From: a virus
Length of the DNA stretch: 64,000 nt
Virus record (IMG/VR): IMGVR_UViG_3300036831_000148
Location: 32,001-96,000 of that record
Reading direction: 5' to 3' (one strand)
Shown: one piece after another, positions 25,663 through 36,100 of the stretch
How the letters are laid out: every line of letters starts with the position of its first letter
Position numbering within the stretch: position 1 is the stretch's first letter
Notes under the pieces: model-generated
Told to the model about the DNA's origin: nothing
The model's database searches: none
What the model saw: the letters and a program-made list of their open reading frames with translations, nothing else
Translations under genes and position numbers: made by a program

Positions 25663-26466
25663 TTACCAGGCCCTCCTAGGCTCGGAGCCCGGCCGGTGCA
25701 GCGGGCCGCCGTCGTGGTTGTTGTCCCCGTAGTGCTGGTGCTCGTGCTCGTGGGTGGCGGTCATCGCGTGCGCGTGGCTGTGCGTGCCGGTCATGGACGC
25801 GTGGTGCATCGCCACCGCCGCCGGGCCCGCCATCCGGGCGGCGAGCGCCAGCATGGAGGCGGCGGCCTTCTCGCCGTCCTCCTCCCGGTCGCCGCCGAAG
25901 CCGGGCAGCGAGTTCACGTCCACGCCCATCTCCCGCGCCCGCTTGCGGATCAGCGCCTTCGCCGCGCCGGCGTTGCCGTGGCCGGAGGCAGCCAGCACGG
26001 CCGCGCTGTGCAGGTGCTTCCTGTCCTCGATCGGGAAGCTGCCGTCGGGCAGCGCGTGGCCGGCCTTCGCCGCCTTCTTGCGCCCGCCCGCGGTCTCGCT
26101 CTCCGGGGTAAGCGTCACCAGCGCCAGGTCCCGGCCCGGCTGGCCGGCCAGGATCTCGCCGAGCGCCGCAGCCAACTGGGAGGCCTTCACGCTCTTGTCC
26201 GAGCGGGCGCACATGGACGCGGCCCGCTTGGCCGGGACCTTCCGCTTCACCAGGGCCTTGAAGGTGGCGTGGGAGGAGTGCTCGCCGCCGCCTCCCCCGT
26301 CGTCGTCATCGTCGTCCTTGCCGCCGTCCTTCTCGTCGTCGTCAGCAGCGGCGAGCAGGGTCAGCAGCTCCCTGGTGGCGACCTGCGCGGCGAGCAGCAG
26401 ATCCGCGTCCAGGTCGGGAGACGGCGGGACGGCGCCCGACAGTTCGAGCAGCTTCTCCAGTGACAC
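25663..26466 (-). CDS. hypothetical virion-associated protein with His-rich tail
   Basis: GHALPDGSFPIEDRKHL motif common in actinophage head-region proteins. Confidence 0.6.
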   Translation of the reverse strand: MSLEKLLELSGAVPPSPDLDADLLLAAQVATRELLTLLAAADDDEKDGGKDDDDDDGGGGGEHSSHATFKALVKRKVPAKRAASMCARSDKSVKASQLAAALGEILAGQPGRDLALVTLTPESETAGGRKKAAKAGHALPDGSFPIEDRKHLHSAAVLAASGHGNAGAAKALIRKRAREMGVDVNSLPGFGGDREEDGEKAAASMLALAARMAGPAAVAMHHASMTGTHSHAHAMTATHEHEHQHYGDNNHDGGPLHRPGSEPRRAW

Positions 26467-26672
26467 CGTGCCTCCCAGGGGCGATCTGGCTCCGCCCGGG
26501 TTATCGGACTACTTCGCGGGGAGAGCGCCGGAGGGCTTCTTAACCGTCGCGGGGGGCTTCTTAGCGGCAGCTGGCGCCGGGTGGCTGGCCATGTGCTCCA
26601 CGTGCAGGTGGTGGAGGTGCTCCAGGTGGGCGACGTGCTCGGCGTGCAGCCTGTGCAGGTGCTCAACGTGCT

Positions 26673-28235
26673 CTACGTGAAGCTGGTGGGCGTCCGGGCG
26701 GGGCCGTTCGGGTTGTCGGTCGCCAGCGGCCGGTAGGTGACCGGGCTGACGCCCTTGCCCCCGGCCTGCATCCGGGCGGCATCGTCCGCCGAGTGGGTCA
26801 GGTTCTGGCCCATCGCCAGCGCCTGGACGTGGTGGTGGATGTGCCGGGCCAGGTCGTGCGCGCCGGACTCGCGGGCGACCACGCAGGCGCGGAGCGCGGA
26901 CTGGGCTGCCCCGCCCGGGTTGGTGGCGAGCATCCGGCGGGCCGAGTCCAGGTACGCGCTCACCTTCGCCTTGTCCAGCGCGGGCAGCGCGTTCAGTTGC
27001 CGGCGCGCGTCCGGGTCGGCGATGTCCAGCAGGTTCTCCAGCGGCTGGATCAGCGGGGTACGCATCGACGTGTCGGAGGTGACCGGCTCGGACACGTCCT
27101 TCCCCGTCACCGCGGCGAGCGCCAGCACCCGGTCAAGAGCGGTCATGTCGTCCTCCTGCGTCATCCGGGCCATCTGGCTCGGGCCGTTGTACACGCCGTG
27201 GAAGTAGCGCTTGCGGATCCGGTCGGTGAGCGCGCCCAGCGCCTGCTCGGCCTTGCGCCAGGCCAGCACCTTGTGCTGGCCCTGAAGCATCGCCGTAGTC
27301 GCCGAGGACTGCCCGGCGGGCGGGATGCGGGTGAACACGTTGGCGGTGTAGGCCGAGGGCAGCATGTTTCCCTGGTCGGCCTTGTGCGCCGCGTACATGG
27401 CCGCCTGGGCGCTGCGCATCACCGCCAGCGCTTCCAGGGGGTTGTCCTTGCTGAGCTTGTAGGCGGCCTGCTCCAGGAACTTGCGGGCGGTCGCCGACAG
27501 GCTGGCGTCCGAGCACTCGGGCACCAGCGGGATGACGGCGCGCACCTCTGCCGCCGTCGGCAGCTTCGCCGCGGGCGGCAGCGGCGGGCTGGGGGCGATG
27601 GCCTGCACCGGGTTCTGGTGCAGCCCGTACTGGGAATACCGCCCTCCGGGTGGCGGCGGCAGAGTAAAGGGGCGCGCGCCCGGGGCCGTCGCCACCGCCA
27701 GCTCCACCGCCGAGGCGGCGGCGCGGTCCCCGTGGCGCGCATGCGCCTCCGCCCGCTCCTGCTCCCACTGCGCCACGTTCCGCGCGGCGGCGGCCCGCAC
27801 GTCCGGGTGGGTGCGCTTGCCCTTGCCGCTCTTGGTCTTCCAGCCGCCCGGGTTCACCCCGGCCGCCCACTTCTTGACGATGCCGACCGCCACCCCGTAG
27901 GCGGCGTGCTTGCCGTAGCGCGCCACCAGGTGCGGGTACAGGTGCTCGATGTAGGGCGGCAGGTGGTGGCCCTTCATGTGGAACAGGCCCGGCCCGCCCG
28001 GCGGCACCGTCGGCTTCACCACCGTGGAGGCTTCCGGCGTGCGCGGGGTGAACTTGACCAGCGCGCCGCCCTCGCTCAGCCCGCGCGGCTCTCCCGTTGC
28101 GGGCCTGCAGTGCAGGTCAGGGTGCTCCCGGCCACCCTTGTCCACGTGTCGGTACCACGGGCACTCGCGCAGCAGGTGATCGTGCGCCTCGCGTTCATCG
28201 TGCGCCGCCTCCAGGAGATCCAGGGCACCGGCCAT
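26673..28235 (-). CDS. hypothetical protein (internal SD+ATG near 27146)
   Basis: ATG 28235 via TGATG overlap; 520 aa. Confidence 0.6.
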   Translation of the reverse strand: MAGALDLLEAAHDEREAHDHLLRECPWYRHVDKGGREHPDLHCRPATGEPRGLSEGGALVKFTPRTPEASTVVKPTVPPGGPGLFHMKGHHLPPYIEHLYPHLVARYGKHAAYGVAVGIVKKWAAGVNPGGWKTKSGKGKRTHPDVRAAAARNVAQWEQERAEAHARHGDRAAASAVELAVATAPGARPFTLPPPPGGRYSQYGLHQNPVQAIAPSPPLPPAAKLPTAAEVRAVIPLVPECSDASLSATARKFLEQAAYKLSKDNPLEALAVMRSAQAAMYAAHKADQGNMLPSAYTANVFTRIPPAGQSSATTAMLQGQHKVLAWRKAEQALGALTDRIRKRYFHGVYNGPSQMARMTQEDDMTALDRVLALAAVTGKDVSEPVTSDTSMRTPLIQPLENLLDIADPDARRQLNALPALDKAKVSAYLDSARRMLATNPGGAAQSALRACVVARESGAHDLARHIHHHVQALAMGQNLTHSADDAARMQAGGKGVSPVTYRPLATDNPNGPARTPTSFT

Positions 28236-28678
28236 CAGGCACCTGCCAGCGCCTCGACGAACTTGTCCTGCAGCATCGCGCGCAGCCCCTTGTCGTCCAC
28301 CTCGCCGAGCACCCGCAGGAACACGTCGCGGACCTGCTCGGGGGTCAGCCCCCCGGTGGCCTGCGGCCGGCTCTTGGACCGCACGTCGTCCCAGGTACGG
28401 GCGATGGCCTCCCAGGCGAGCAGCGCGTCCTTCTCCTGGCCGGGGTGGGCGTAGCCGTCGTCGGTGCCGTAGCCGTGCCGGGAGGTCTGCTGGTGCTTGA
28501 AGTACCAGCCGAGCAGCACGCTGGTCCGCATGATCTGCGCGGCCGACATGTCCAGGCCCTCGCACTCGCGCCGGATCGTCGCGTAGAACTCCTCGTACCC
28601 GCGGCGCAGGTCGTCGTCGGTCACCGTCCCCGGGCAGGAGAACAGGCCGTCAATCTTGTCCCAGTCAGCGCTTGCCAC
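28235..28678 (-). CDS. hypothetical protein (possible terminase small subunit)
   Basis: 147 aa helical, first gene after a CGATTA box in the operon leading to terL. Confidence 0.5.
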   Translation of the reverse strand: MASADWDKIDGLFSCPGTVTDDDLRRGYEEFYATIRRECEGLDMSAAQIMRTSVLLGWYFKHQQTSRHGYGTDDGYAHPGQEKDALLAWEAIARTWDDVRSKSRPQATGGLTPEQVRDVFLRVLGEVDDKGLRAMLQDKFVEALAGA

Positions 28679-28711
28679 GCCCCTGTAATCGGGCGCCGCA
28701 GTCCCTCGCCC

Positions 28712-28999
28712 TCACGAACCCGCGCCAGCAGCCTCCCGCACCCGGCACGGCGACCACTGCTCGCAGGCCGGGCAGCGGTCGTAGCGCTCAGTCCGCAGGC
28801 CGTACCCGGCCGGGTGCTGCAGTTGCATCAGGGCCAACTGGGGGATCTTGCGGCCGAGTGAGTCCTCCCCGCGGCGGGCGAGCTCGGCGAACACCTGCTC
28901 GTCGGTCATGCCCTGAGTGCCGTTCAGCACCGGGGCGGACCGCGCGCAGGTGCCCTCCGCGAAGGCGTACTGCAGCGGGTGCTCCTCGTCCAGGCCCAC
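28712..28999 (-). CDS. hypothetical protein
   Basis: TAGTG coupling, CPAC..W.PC motif. Confidence 0.5.
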   Translation of the reverse strand: MGLDEEHPLQYAFAEGTCARSAPVLNGTQGMTDEQVFAELARRGEDSLGRKIPQLALMQLQHPAGYGLRTERYDRCPACEQWSPCRVREAAGAGS

Positions 29000-29175
29000 T
29001 AGAACCCCGTCACGATGAACGGGGACAGCGGCTTCTCCAGGCTCTCCCGGAGCATGTCCCGCGAGTACGCCGCCAGCAGCCACGCCGTCCCGAAGCTGTG
29101 CCCGTAGCTCACCTGCAGGGCGACCGCGCACTCCACCGTCCAGCGGTCCAGGGCCGCCTTCTCCTCCAGGCTCAC
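28999..29175 (-). CDS. hypothetical protein
   Basis: 58 aa, GTGA coupling. Confidence 0.5.
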   Translation of the reverse strand: MSLEEKAALDRWTVECAVALQVSYGHSFGTAWLLAAYSRDMLRESLEKPLSPFIVTGF

Positions 29176-29972
29176 CGCGGCCGGAACCACTCAGGGGGGC
29201 AGCGCCGCTCGCGGATGTAGCGCGGCCAGGACTGGTTCACGTCCACCGGGACCAGCCGGCCGGACCGGCGCGGCGGCGGGTACGGGGCGATGGCCGGCCC
29301 GTGCCAGGTGAAGCCCTGCTCGTACCACTCGCCTGCCTCGTTGCCGTCCAGGATCATCTCGCGCAGCTCCAGGTGGCAGAACTGGCCCGCCTTGCGGCGG
29401 ATCGCCTCCGGCCCGCCCAGCCAGGTGAAGTGCCAGCCGCAGCCCGGCGCCAGCGGCAGCCGGGCGCGCACCCCGTTGTCCCGCACGACGTGCAGCGGGA
29501 CCTCCGCCAGGGCCTTCGCCCGCCCGGCGACGGCGATCCGGGCCTGCTCCGGGTACACCCAGTCAACCGCGAACATGGACAGCCACATGCCCATCGCGAC
29601 CGGGCCGTCCGGCTGCATCGAGACCGCCGCGTCCGAGGGGATCTCGTCCACGTCGCAGACCAGCACCAGGTCCTCCGGCTCCGCGTCGCCCTCCAGGCCG
29701 CGCCAGACGGCCTGCCGCTGGGCGAACTCGCGGTCCCAGGGGTTGGCGGTCTCCGCCCGGGTGGGCAGGTCGGCGACCACGTGGGTGATCCGGTCCAGCC
29801 ACGGGCTGAACCGGTCCCGGTTCTCGCCGAAGTGCAGCGGCTTCGGGTTGCCCTGGTGGTCAACCGCGGCCTCCACCAGGACGTGCCGGTCCACCTTGCC
29901 GTCCAGTTCAATGAGGCGGCACTCCAGCATGTCCAGCTCGTCGCCGAACAGGAAGGTGTCGAAGACCTTCAC
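29172..29972 (-). CDS. GT17-like glycosyltransferase (MGAT3-like)
   Basis: VFDTFLFGDELDMLECRL.EL...VD..VLVEA...G.PKPLHF; CDVDEIP; GWHFTW. Confidence 0.8.
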   Translation of the reverse strand: MKVFDTFLFGDELDMLECRLIELDGKVDRHVLVEAAVDHQGNPKPLHFGENRDRFSPWLDRITHVVADLPTRAETANPWDREFAQRQAVWRGLEGDAEPEDLVLVCDVDEIPSDAAVSMQPDGPVAMGMWLSMFAVDWVYPEQARIAVAGRAKALAEVPLHVVRDNGVRARLPLAPGCGWHFTWLGGPEAIRRKAGQFCHLELREMILDGNEAGEWYEQGFTWHGPAIAPYPPPRRSGRLVPVDVNQSWPRYIRERRCPPEWFRPR

Positions 29973-29974
29973 CG

Positions 29975-30664
29975 CTAGCTGACCACGTTGCCGCGCCCGG
30001 TGCGCCGGTGGTCCCAGTGGTGCAGCGCCACCGCGCCCGGCAGGGCGTCCAGGTCCCAGTAGGCGTCCGCGGTCTCGCCGGGCGGGATCGCCGACCAGTG
30101 CACCGGGTTGAACACCTCGGCGCCGAACACCGTGAGGCTCTCCGGCAGGCGCTGGTACATCCCGGTGAGCAGCAGCGGGCCGGTCATGTGGTTCATGTGC
30201 AGGTCGCCGGCGTCGCGCAGCGCGAAGTAGCGCACCGGCAGCTCGGCCACCACCGCCAGCCAGAACGGGTGCCAGGGCGGCCCGCCGAAGACGGCGTTGA
30301 CCACGTGGTGCCGCTCGGCCTCCTCCCAGCTCGCCCACGCCCGCCCGTCGGTCATCTCCGGGCGCAGCGGGCGGACCGGCTGCAGGTCGCAGTTGGCGTA
30401 GATCCCGCCGAACTTGGCCACCAGGTCGTAGCCGATGACGTCGGCCAGCGCGGTGGGCAGCTCCACCGAGTTCCCGTTGGTGCACCGCGCGCGCAGGTCG
30501 TCCAGCACGGGCTCGTTGGCCAGGTCGGCGGGCAGGTCCTGCCACGACCAGTCGTGCACGACCCAGCCGGGGTTCAGCTCCCGCCACCGCTGGCCGTACT
30601 CGCGGAACCGCTGCGGCATCGGGCGCGGCCCCAGCCACAGCCGGTGAATGATCTCCGGAATCAC
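29975..30664 (-). CDS. GT32/DXD-type glycosyltransferase
   Basis: IPEIIHRLWLG...W..LNPGW...AD......FGGIYANCD...TGP. Confidence 0.8.
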   Translation of the reverse strand: MIPEIIHRLWLGPRPMPQRFREYGQRWRELNPGWVVHDWSWQDLPADLANEPVLDDLRARCTNGNSVELPTALADVIGYDLVAKFGGIYANCDLQPVRPLRPEMTDGRAWASWEEAERHHVVNAVFGGPPWHPFWLAVVAELPVRYFALRDAGDLHMNHMTGPLLLTGMYQRLPESLTVFGAEVFNPVHWSAIPPGETADAYWDLDALPGAVALHHWDHRRTGRGNVVS

Positions 30665-31551
30665 GCGAACATCCTCCGGTAGTGGGCCGCGGCCTCGGCC
30701 ATGCCGTCCTCCAACTGGACGAACGAGAGCGGGTCCAGGCCCAGGCCGCGCACCTTGTCCGGGTCGGCGAGCACCTCCGAGCCCGGCGTCTCGCCTGGCC
30801 GCATCGGCAGGTGCTCGATGCCCGCCTGGATGCCCGCCTGCTCGCGGAGCACGGCCTGCGCGCACCGCGCGACCTCCAGGATGGTGGTGCGCCGCCCGGT
30901 GCCGGCCTCGTAGATCAGCCCCGGCTTGCCCTGCTCCAGCGCCTGCACCAGGCAGCGGGCCACGTCGGTGACGTAGATCATGTCCATCACCTGGCTGCCG
31001 TCGCCGTACACCTGGATGGTCTCGCCGTGCAGCGCCCGGGAGAGGAACGACGGCACCACCTTGCGCACCCGGCTGGTGCCGTACGGCTGGGCGACAGACT
31101 GGCCGGGGCCGTAGGCGTTGAACGCGCGGACGCTGCACGCGTGCAGGCCCCGGTGCCGGGCGTACATGACGGTGAACCGGTCAACGGTGGTCTTGGAGAT
31201 CGAGTAGGTGGAGAACTCGAACCAGTTGCCGACCGCGATGTTCACCAGCGGCGCCCCGTACTGGGCGCAGGCCTGCAGCACGTTGAGCCCGCCCAGGATG
31301 TTGGTCTCCGCGGCCGGGAGCGGGTTGGCGATCGTCTCCTGGGTGCCGAGCACGCCGGCCAGGTGAATCACGGCGTCCGCGTGGGCGACCGCCTCGGTGA
31401 CCGCGGTGGCGTCCCGGATGTCGCCGAGGATCAGGTTGCCGCTCACCTGCCGCTTGCGGTCAAAGATGACCGGCTCGTGGCCGCGCTGCCGCAGCTCCTG
31501 GCAGGTGGCCCGCCCGATGAAGCCGTCCCCGCCGGTGACCAGGACCTTCAC
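30661..31551 (-). CDS. NAD-dependent sugar epimerase/dehydratase
   Basis: VTGGDGFIG, HLAG, YSISK, FNAYGPGQ. Confidence 0.9.
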   Translation of the reverse strand: MKVLVTGGDGFIGRATCQELRQRGHEPVIFDRKRQVSGNLILGDIRDATAVTEAVAHADAVIHLAGVLGTQETIANPLPAAETNILGGLNVLQACAQYGAPLVNIAVGNWFEFSTYSISKTTVDRFTVMYARHRGLHACSVRAFNAYGPGQSVAQPYGTSRVRKVVPSFLSRALHGETIQVYGDGSQVMDMIYVTDVARCLVQALEQGKPGLIYEAGTGRRTTILEVARCAQAVLREQAGIQAGIEHLPMRPGETPGSEVLADPDKVRGLGLDPLSFVQLEDGMAEAAAHYRRMFA

Positions 31552-31790
31552 AGTTGCTCGCCCTGGTCGGCGATGGCCTGGCGGACCGCGGCGTCCTTGG
31601 CGTCCACCAGGTGCCGCAGGGCGACGGTGAGCTCAGGGCCGTCGCCGACCAGTTCCAGCAGCTTGTCCCGGGTGTCGCGCATCACGGCGGCAACACTAGC
31701 GGGCGGGCCCTCCGGAAGGCGGGGGTTCGGGGTAAGCCACCGGGCGACCTGCTGGACAGACGGGTGGCGGTCGGCGAGGTTGACGGTCAT
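31548..31790 (-). CDS. conserved small phage protein
   Basis: GPELTVALRHLVDAKDAAVR. Confidence 0.6.
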   Translation of the reverse strand: MTVNLADRHPSVQQVARWLTPNPRLPEGPPASVAAVMRDTRDKLLELVGDGPELTVALRHLVDAKDAAVRQAIADQGEQL

Positions 31791-32942
31791 TTATCTCCCC
31801 AGTGCGGTCCTCATGAAGTCCAGGGAGGCAGGCTGCCCTCCCCCCGCTGCGATCGGCGCGGGCACCGCAGGCGGCGGGCACAGCGCCTTGCCCACCTGCG
31901 ACAGGGCTAGCTGCAGGCAGGCCCGGCGGTCCTCAATCCGGACCCGGGCGTGCAGGTCCCACAGCACCGTCATGGCCCCCAGCACCCGGGCCGGGCCCAG
32001 CCGGGCGGCGAGCGCCTTGCGGGCCTCCAGTGCCTCTCCCTGGGCGGTCACCGGCCCGCCGCAGCACAGCACCTGCAGGTCGGCCAGGCAGCGGACCAGC
32101 TCCCGGGTGACGTGCCCGGGGTCCCCGTAGGCGGCGAGCGCGGCGTCCATCGCGGCGTACATGGCGGCGGCGTCGCCGTCGGCGGTGGCCAGCAGCAGGC
32201 CGGGGGCGAAGTCGGTCTCCCCGGTCAGCTCCTGCCACGCCTCCAGGCTGTGCACGTCCACGGACGCCACCTGGTCCAGTCGCACCACCGCGTCGCGCAT
32301 CGCCCCCTGCGCGGCCTCGGCGATAGCGGCGACCAGGGCCGGCTCGGTGGCCAGTCCCTCCAGCCGGCAGATCTCCGCCAGCCGGCCGGCTACCTGCTCA
32401 GTGGTGAGCGGGTCGAACTTGAACGGGCTGGACCGGCTCTGGATGGTGGCCGGGACCGACTTCACCTGAGTGGTGATGAGGATGAACACCGTGCCCGGCG
32501 GCGGCTCCTCCAGGATCTTGAGCAGCGCCTCGAACGCGGCAGCGGACAGGCCGTGCGCCTCGTCGATGATGTACACCCGGTAACTGCCGGCGAGGGTGCC
32601 GTACTGGGCGCTCTCCCGCACCCGGCGGATCTGCTCCACGTTGCCGTTGCTAGCCGCGTCGATCTCGGTCACGTCCGGGCTGGCGTCGGCGTCGATCGCC
32701 CGGCAGGAGGCGCACTGGCCGCACGGCCAGGACCCGGCCGGGCCGGGCGGCGCGGCGCAGTTGAGCGCCTTCGCGACGATCCGCGCCATGGTGGTCTTGC
32801 CGCTGCCGTGCTTGCCGTGCAGCAGCAGGCAGCCGGGCACCGTGCCACGGCGGCACATCCGGAACAGCACCGCCACCGACGGCCGCTGCCCCACCACGTC
32901 ACCGAACGTGCGCGGCCGGTACTTCAGGGCAAGGTTGCTCAC
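31791..32942 (-). CDS. dnaX: DNA polymerase III clamp loader gamma/tau
   Basis: LKYRP.TF.DVVGQ, GKHGSGKTT, Zn module, EIDAASN, IIDEAH, LLKILEEPP. Confidence 0.9.
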   Translation of the reverse strand: MSNLALKYRPRTFGDVVGQRPSVAVLFRMCRRGTVPGCLLLHGKHGSGKTTMARIVAKALNCAAPPGPAGSWPCGQCASCRAIDADASPDVTEIDAASNGNVEQIRRVRESAQYGTLAGSYRVYIIDEAHGLSAAAFEALLKILEEPPPGTVFILITTQVKSVPATIQSRSSPFKFDPLTTEQVAGRLAEICRLEGLATEPALVAAIAEAAQGAMRDAVVRLDQVASVDVHSLEAWQELTGETDFAPGLLLATADGDAAAMYAAMDAALAAYGDPGHVTRELVRCLADLQVLCCGGPVTAQGEALEARKALAARLGPARVLGAMTVLWDLHARVRIEDRRACLQLALSQVGKALCPPPAVPAPIAAGGGQPASLDFMRTALGR

Positions 32943-33187
32943 TCGGGCCTCCTGGCGATGGTCGCCCCCAGGAACACCGGGCCGGGACCGGCGCGGGCCT
33001 GAGCGTCAATTGGCAGGCCGGCGGCACACGCCGGCCCTGACTGGCTTATACGGCGGTAGCCGAACTCGCTGCCGCAGTTCGGGCACGCGAGGTAGACCGT
33101 CAGGCCGTCCTGCTCGGGCTCGGCGGGAGCGCCGCACTGCGGGCAGGGGGCGCCCTCGGCGAACTGCGGCTCAGGCAGCTGCGTCAA
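32939..33187 (-). CDS. zinc-ribbon protein
   Basis: CPQCG...CPNCG. Confidence 0.6.
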   Translation of the reverse strand: MTQLPEPQFAEGAPCPQCGAPAEPEQDGLTVYLACPNCGSEFGYRRISQSGPACAAGLPIDAQARAGPGPVFLGATIARRPE

Positions 33188-36100
33188 CGGGCTGCGCCTG
33201 GTCTAGCGTGTCCGGGCTCGGGTGCCGGGGGAAGCCGGGGCCCGCCCAGTCCTCGTCCTCTTCGGCGGGCTGGCTCGCGGCGGCGCCGAAGGTGTCCCCG
33301 TACCGGTGCGTCATCTTGAAGCCGGGGCTGTCCACAGGCTCTCTCCCCAGGTGTGGGTAACTCGTACCCGGTAATACGCCGGCGGCGCGCAGCCCTGCTG
33401 TTACCAGCCCGGTGGCCTGGTCCGCGCACCGCGGGCACAGGCTGTCCGACCAGGGCACGTCCACCAGGCTGGCGGGCACCGGCCGGCCGCAGCCCTCGCA
33501 GGGCTGCGCGCCTCCGTGGAAGAACTCCTCGCGCAGCGCGGTGTAGCGGGCCGCGTCGATCCACGAGGCCCGCCCGGTGAGCGCCGCGTACGCCTGGTAC
33601 GGGCCGAGCCTGCCGTTGAGGATCATCTTCAGCAGCACCCGGTGCCCGTCGCGGGTCACCCAGAAGTCAGCGACGTGCTCCTTGGCGTCGCCGCGCACGG
33701 CGGTCGCCCCGGTGTAGAAGCTGTCCGCCCGGATCTGAACCGGCACCTCCGCTGCCGCGTCCCACCAGGCGAGGCGGCGGCCCAGCGCCCCCGGGTCGTC
33801 GGCGACCTCCAGTTCCCACAGGCTGGAGGGGCGCGACGGCAGCTTCGCCGAGGGCAGCAGCACCCGGTACAGGCCGGTCCAGCTCAGGTGCGGCTGCAGT
33901 ATCTCCCCCAGCTTCGCCAGGTAGGGGCCGACCGCCTCACTGCCCCGGGTGAGGCCGAACTCCACGTAGTCCCGCCCGGCGCTGCGCTCGCGGTAGCCGG
34001 TGCTGCCGGACGCCAGCCGCACCGCGCGGCTGGCCAGGTCGGGGAAGCCCGGAAAGGACTCCTGCGCCTGGTAGGCGGCCCGGCGGAAGACGTACACCAG
34101 CGACTCGTTGGTGACGAACCGGAGCCCCGGCGGGCGGTCCACCTGCAGACGGACTTTCAGCGCCACGGTGGAGTGGTCAACCGGGCGAACCGGCCGGGCC
34201 TGCAGGTCGCGGTCGGCCGCCTGCACCCGGGCCCGGCGCAGCTCCAGGTCCTCCCGCGTGCACACCCCGCAGGCGTTCCCGCTGCACTGCTGGTCGCAGC
34301 GCGGCACCCACTCCTGGCCGTGGTAGCCGTCGGGGACCTGGCTGTCGTAGGTCTCGGCGCTGGTGCCCTCCAGGAACTCCACCATGTCCCGGTAGGCCCG
34401 CCACATCAGGTCGCGGGACACGCCGGTGTGAATGAACTCCCAGCCGAGCAGGTCGCCGTAGAACCGCTCACCGAAGATGTCGTCGGTGCCGTTGCGGAAG
34501 CCGCGGCGGCGCAGCGCCTCGTCCAGCCGGGCGGGCATGTCCTTGGGGAACCCGCCCCAGGAGGCGGTCCCGTAGTGCTCGATCACGTCGGCGACCGCCT
34601 CGCCCACGTCCCGGCTCGCGCGCTGGCAGACCTGGAAGAACGCCATCTTCTCGGCAGTCGCCTTGGACCCGATCTTCACCCAGATCCGGTGGTTGTCCAT
34701 CAGCTCCCGGAACGCCTCCGACAGCATGTAGTCGGGCGGGGTGACCGCGAACCACTGCAGCGGGGTCTGCGCCTCGATCAGCAGCGGCGTCCAGGAGAAG
34801 ATGATCTGCACCCCGGCGGCGGCCGGGCCGAGCGAGTCGCGGATGTCCGCCAGCCGGCGGCCCAGTTCCACCACCCGCATCACGTCAGCGCGGGACTCGC
34901 CCGGCCAGTTGCTGATGAAGTACAGCTTCACCTTCCGCACCCCGGCCCGGATCGCCCGGGTGACCGCCGCGGCCACGTCGTCGTCGGAGGTGCCCTTGCC
35001 GGCCAGGTCGCGGATCCGCTGGGCGCCGCCTTCCAGCCCGAGCGTGATGGAATCAGTGCCGGACACCTGCAGCAGCAGCGAGAAGTCGCCGTCGCTGAGG
35101 TAGTCGTCGATCCGCATGGACGAGGCGTCCACCCGGTCGGTGACATTCTCCAGCAGCGCCCCAATCAGTTCCTTCTTCCGCCGGTGCATCGGCGGGTCAG
35201 GGGCCACCAGGCTGATCTCGGTGGCGCCCATGTTGCGCCGCCAGGCGGCCGCCCGCTCCACCGTGCGCTCCACCGGCTCCTCCCGCGGCGGCTTAGACAC
35301 CCAGGACAGCCGGCAGAACACGCACCAGCAGTCGCAGCCGCGCATGGCCTCCACGTCCCCCGAGCCCATGCCGGGGTCGGAGAACAGCACCGGCGCGCTG
35401 GTCATCAGGTCCGCGTCCGCCAGGCTGGCGACCCGGCGCGAGCGGCGCTCCAGGGGCATCCCGTCCAGCAGGGGACGGTAGCCGGCGACCGTCTTCGTCT
35501 GCTCGGGCAGCCCGCGGTCCTCGTAGCGGTAGTCCACGGCGGTGAACCGGGGGAAGTACAGGAACCGGAACTCCAGGGCCAGCCGCTGATAGCACCACAC
35601 GCGCCGGGACTGCCAGTCACCGGACTCCCTGAGCTCGCGGACGCGCGCGCAGACGGCGGCGATGCCGGGGTTGCCGGGCTCGTCCTCCGCCTCGCCCAGC
35701 CAGACGCAGTCCACCACCGGAGCCATGAACTCGGGGGCGCACCAGGCCTGCCCGCCGGCCAGGATCATCGGGTAGTCCTCCGGCACCCGGTCCCGCCAGC
35801 GCAGCGGCACCCCGCTCATGGTCAGGTACCGGCAGAAGTTCATGAACAGCACCGTGTAGGAGATGCTGGTGCCGACGATGTCAAAGTCCCGCAGCTGGTG
35901 GCGGGACTCAATCCCGAACACCGGCACCTGCCCTTTAACCAGCAGGTCCAGGTCGCGCATGGTGGCTGGCAGGTACCAGCGATCCGCCAGGGTGTAGGCC
36001 CCGGCCTTGTGAACCGCGTCGTACAGCGCCGGGATGGCCATGTTCCCGGCCGCCTGGCTGTAGTCCCAGGACGCGGCGAGCAGCAGGCGCACCGAGGCCC

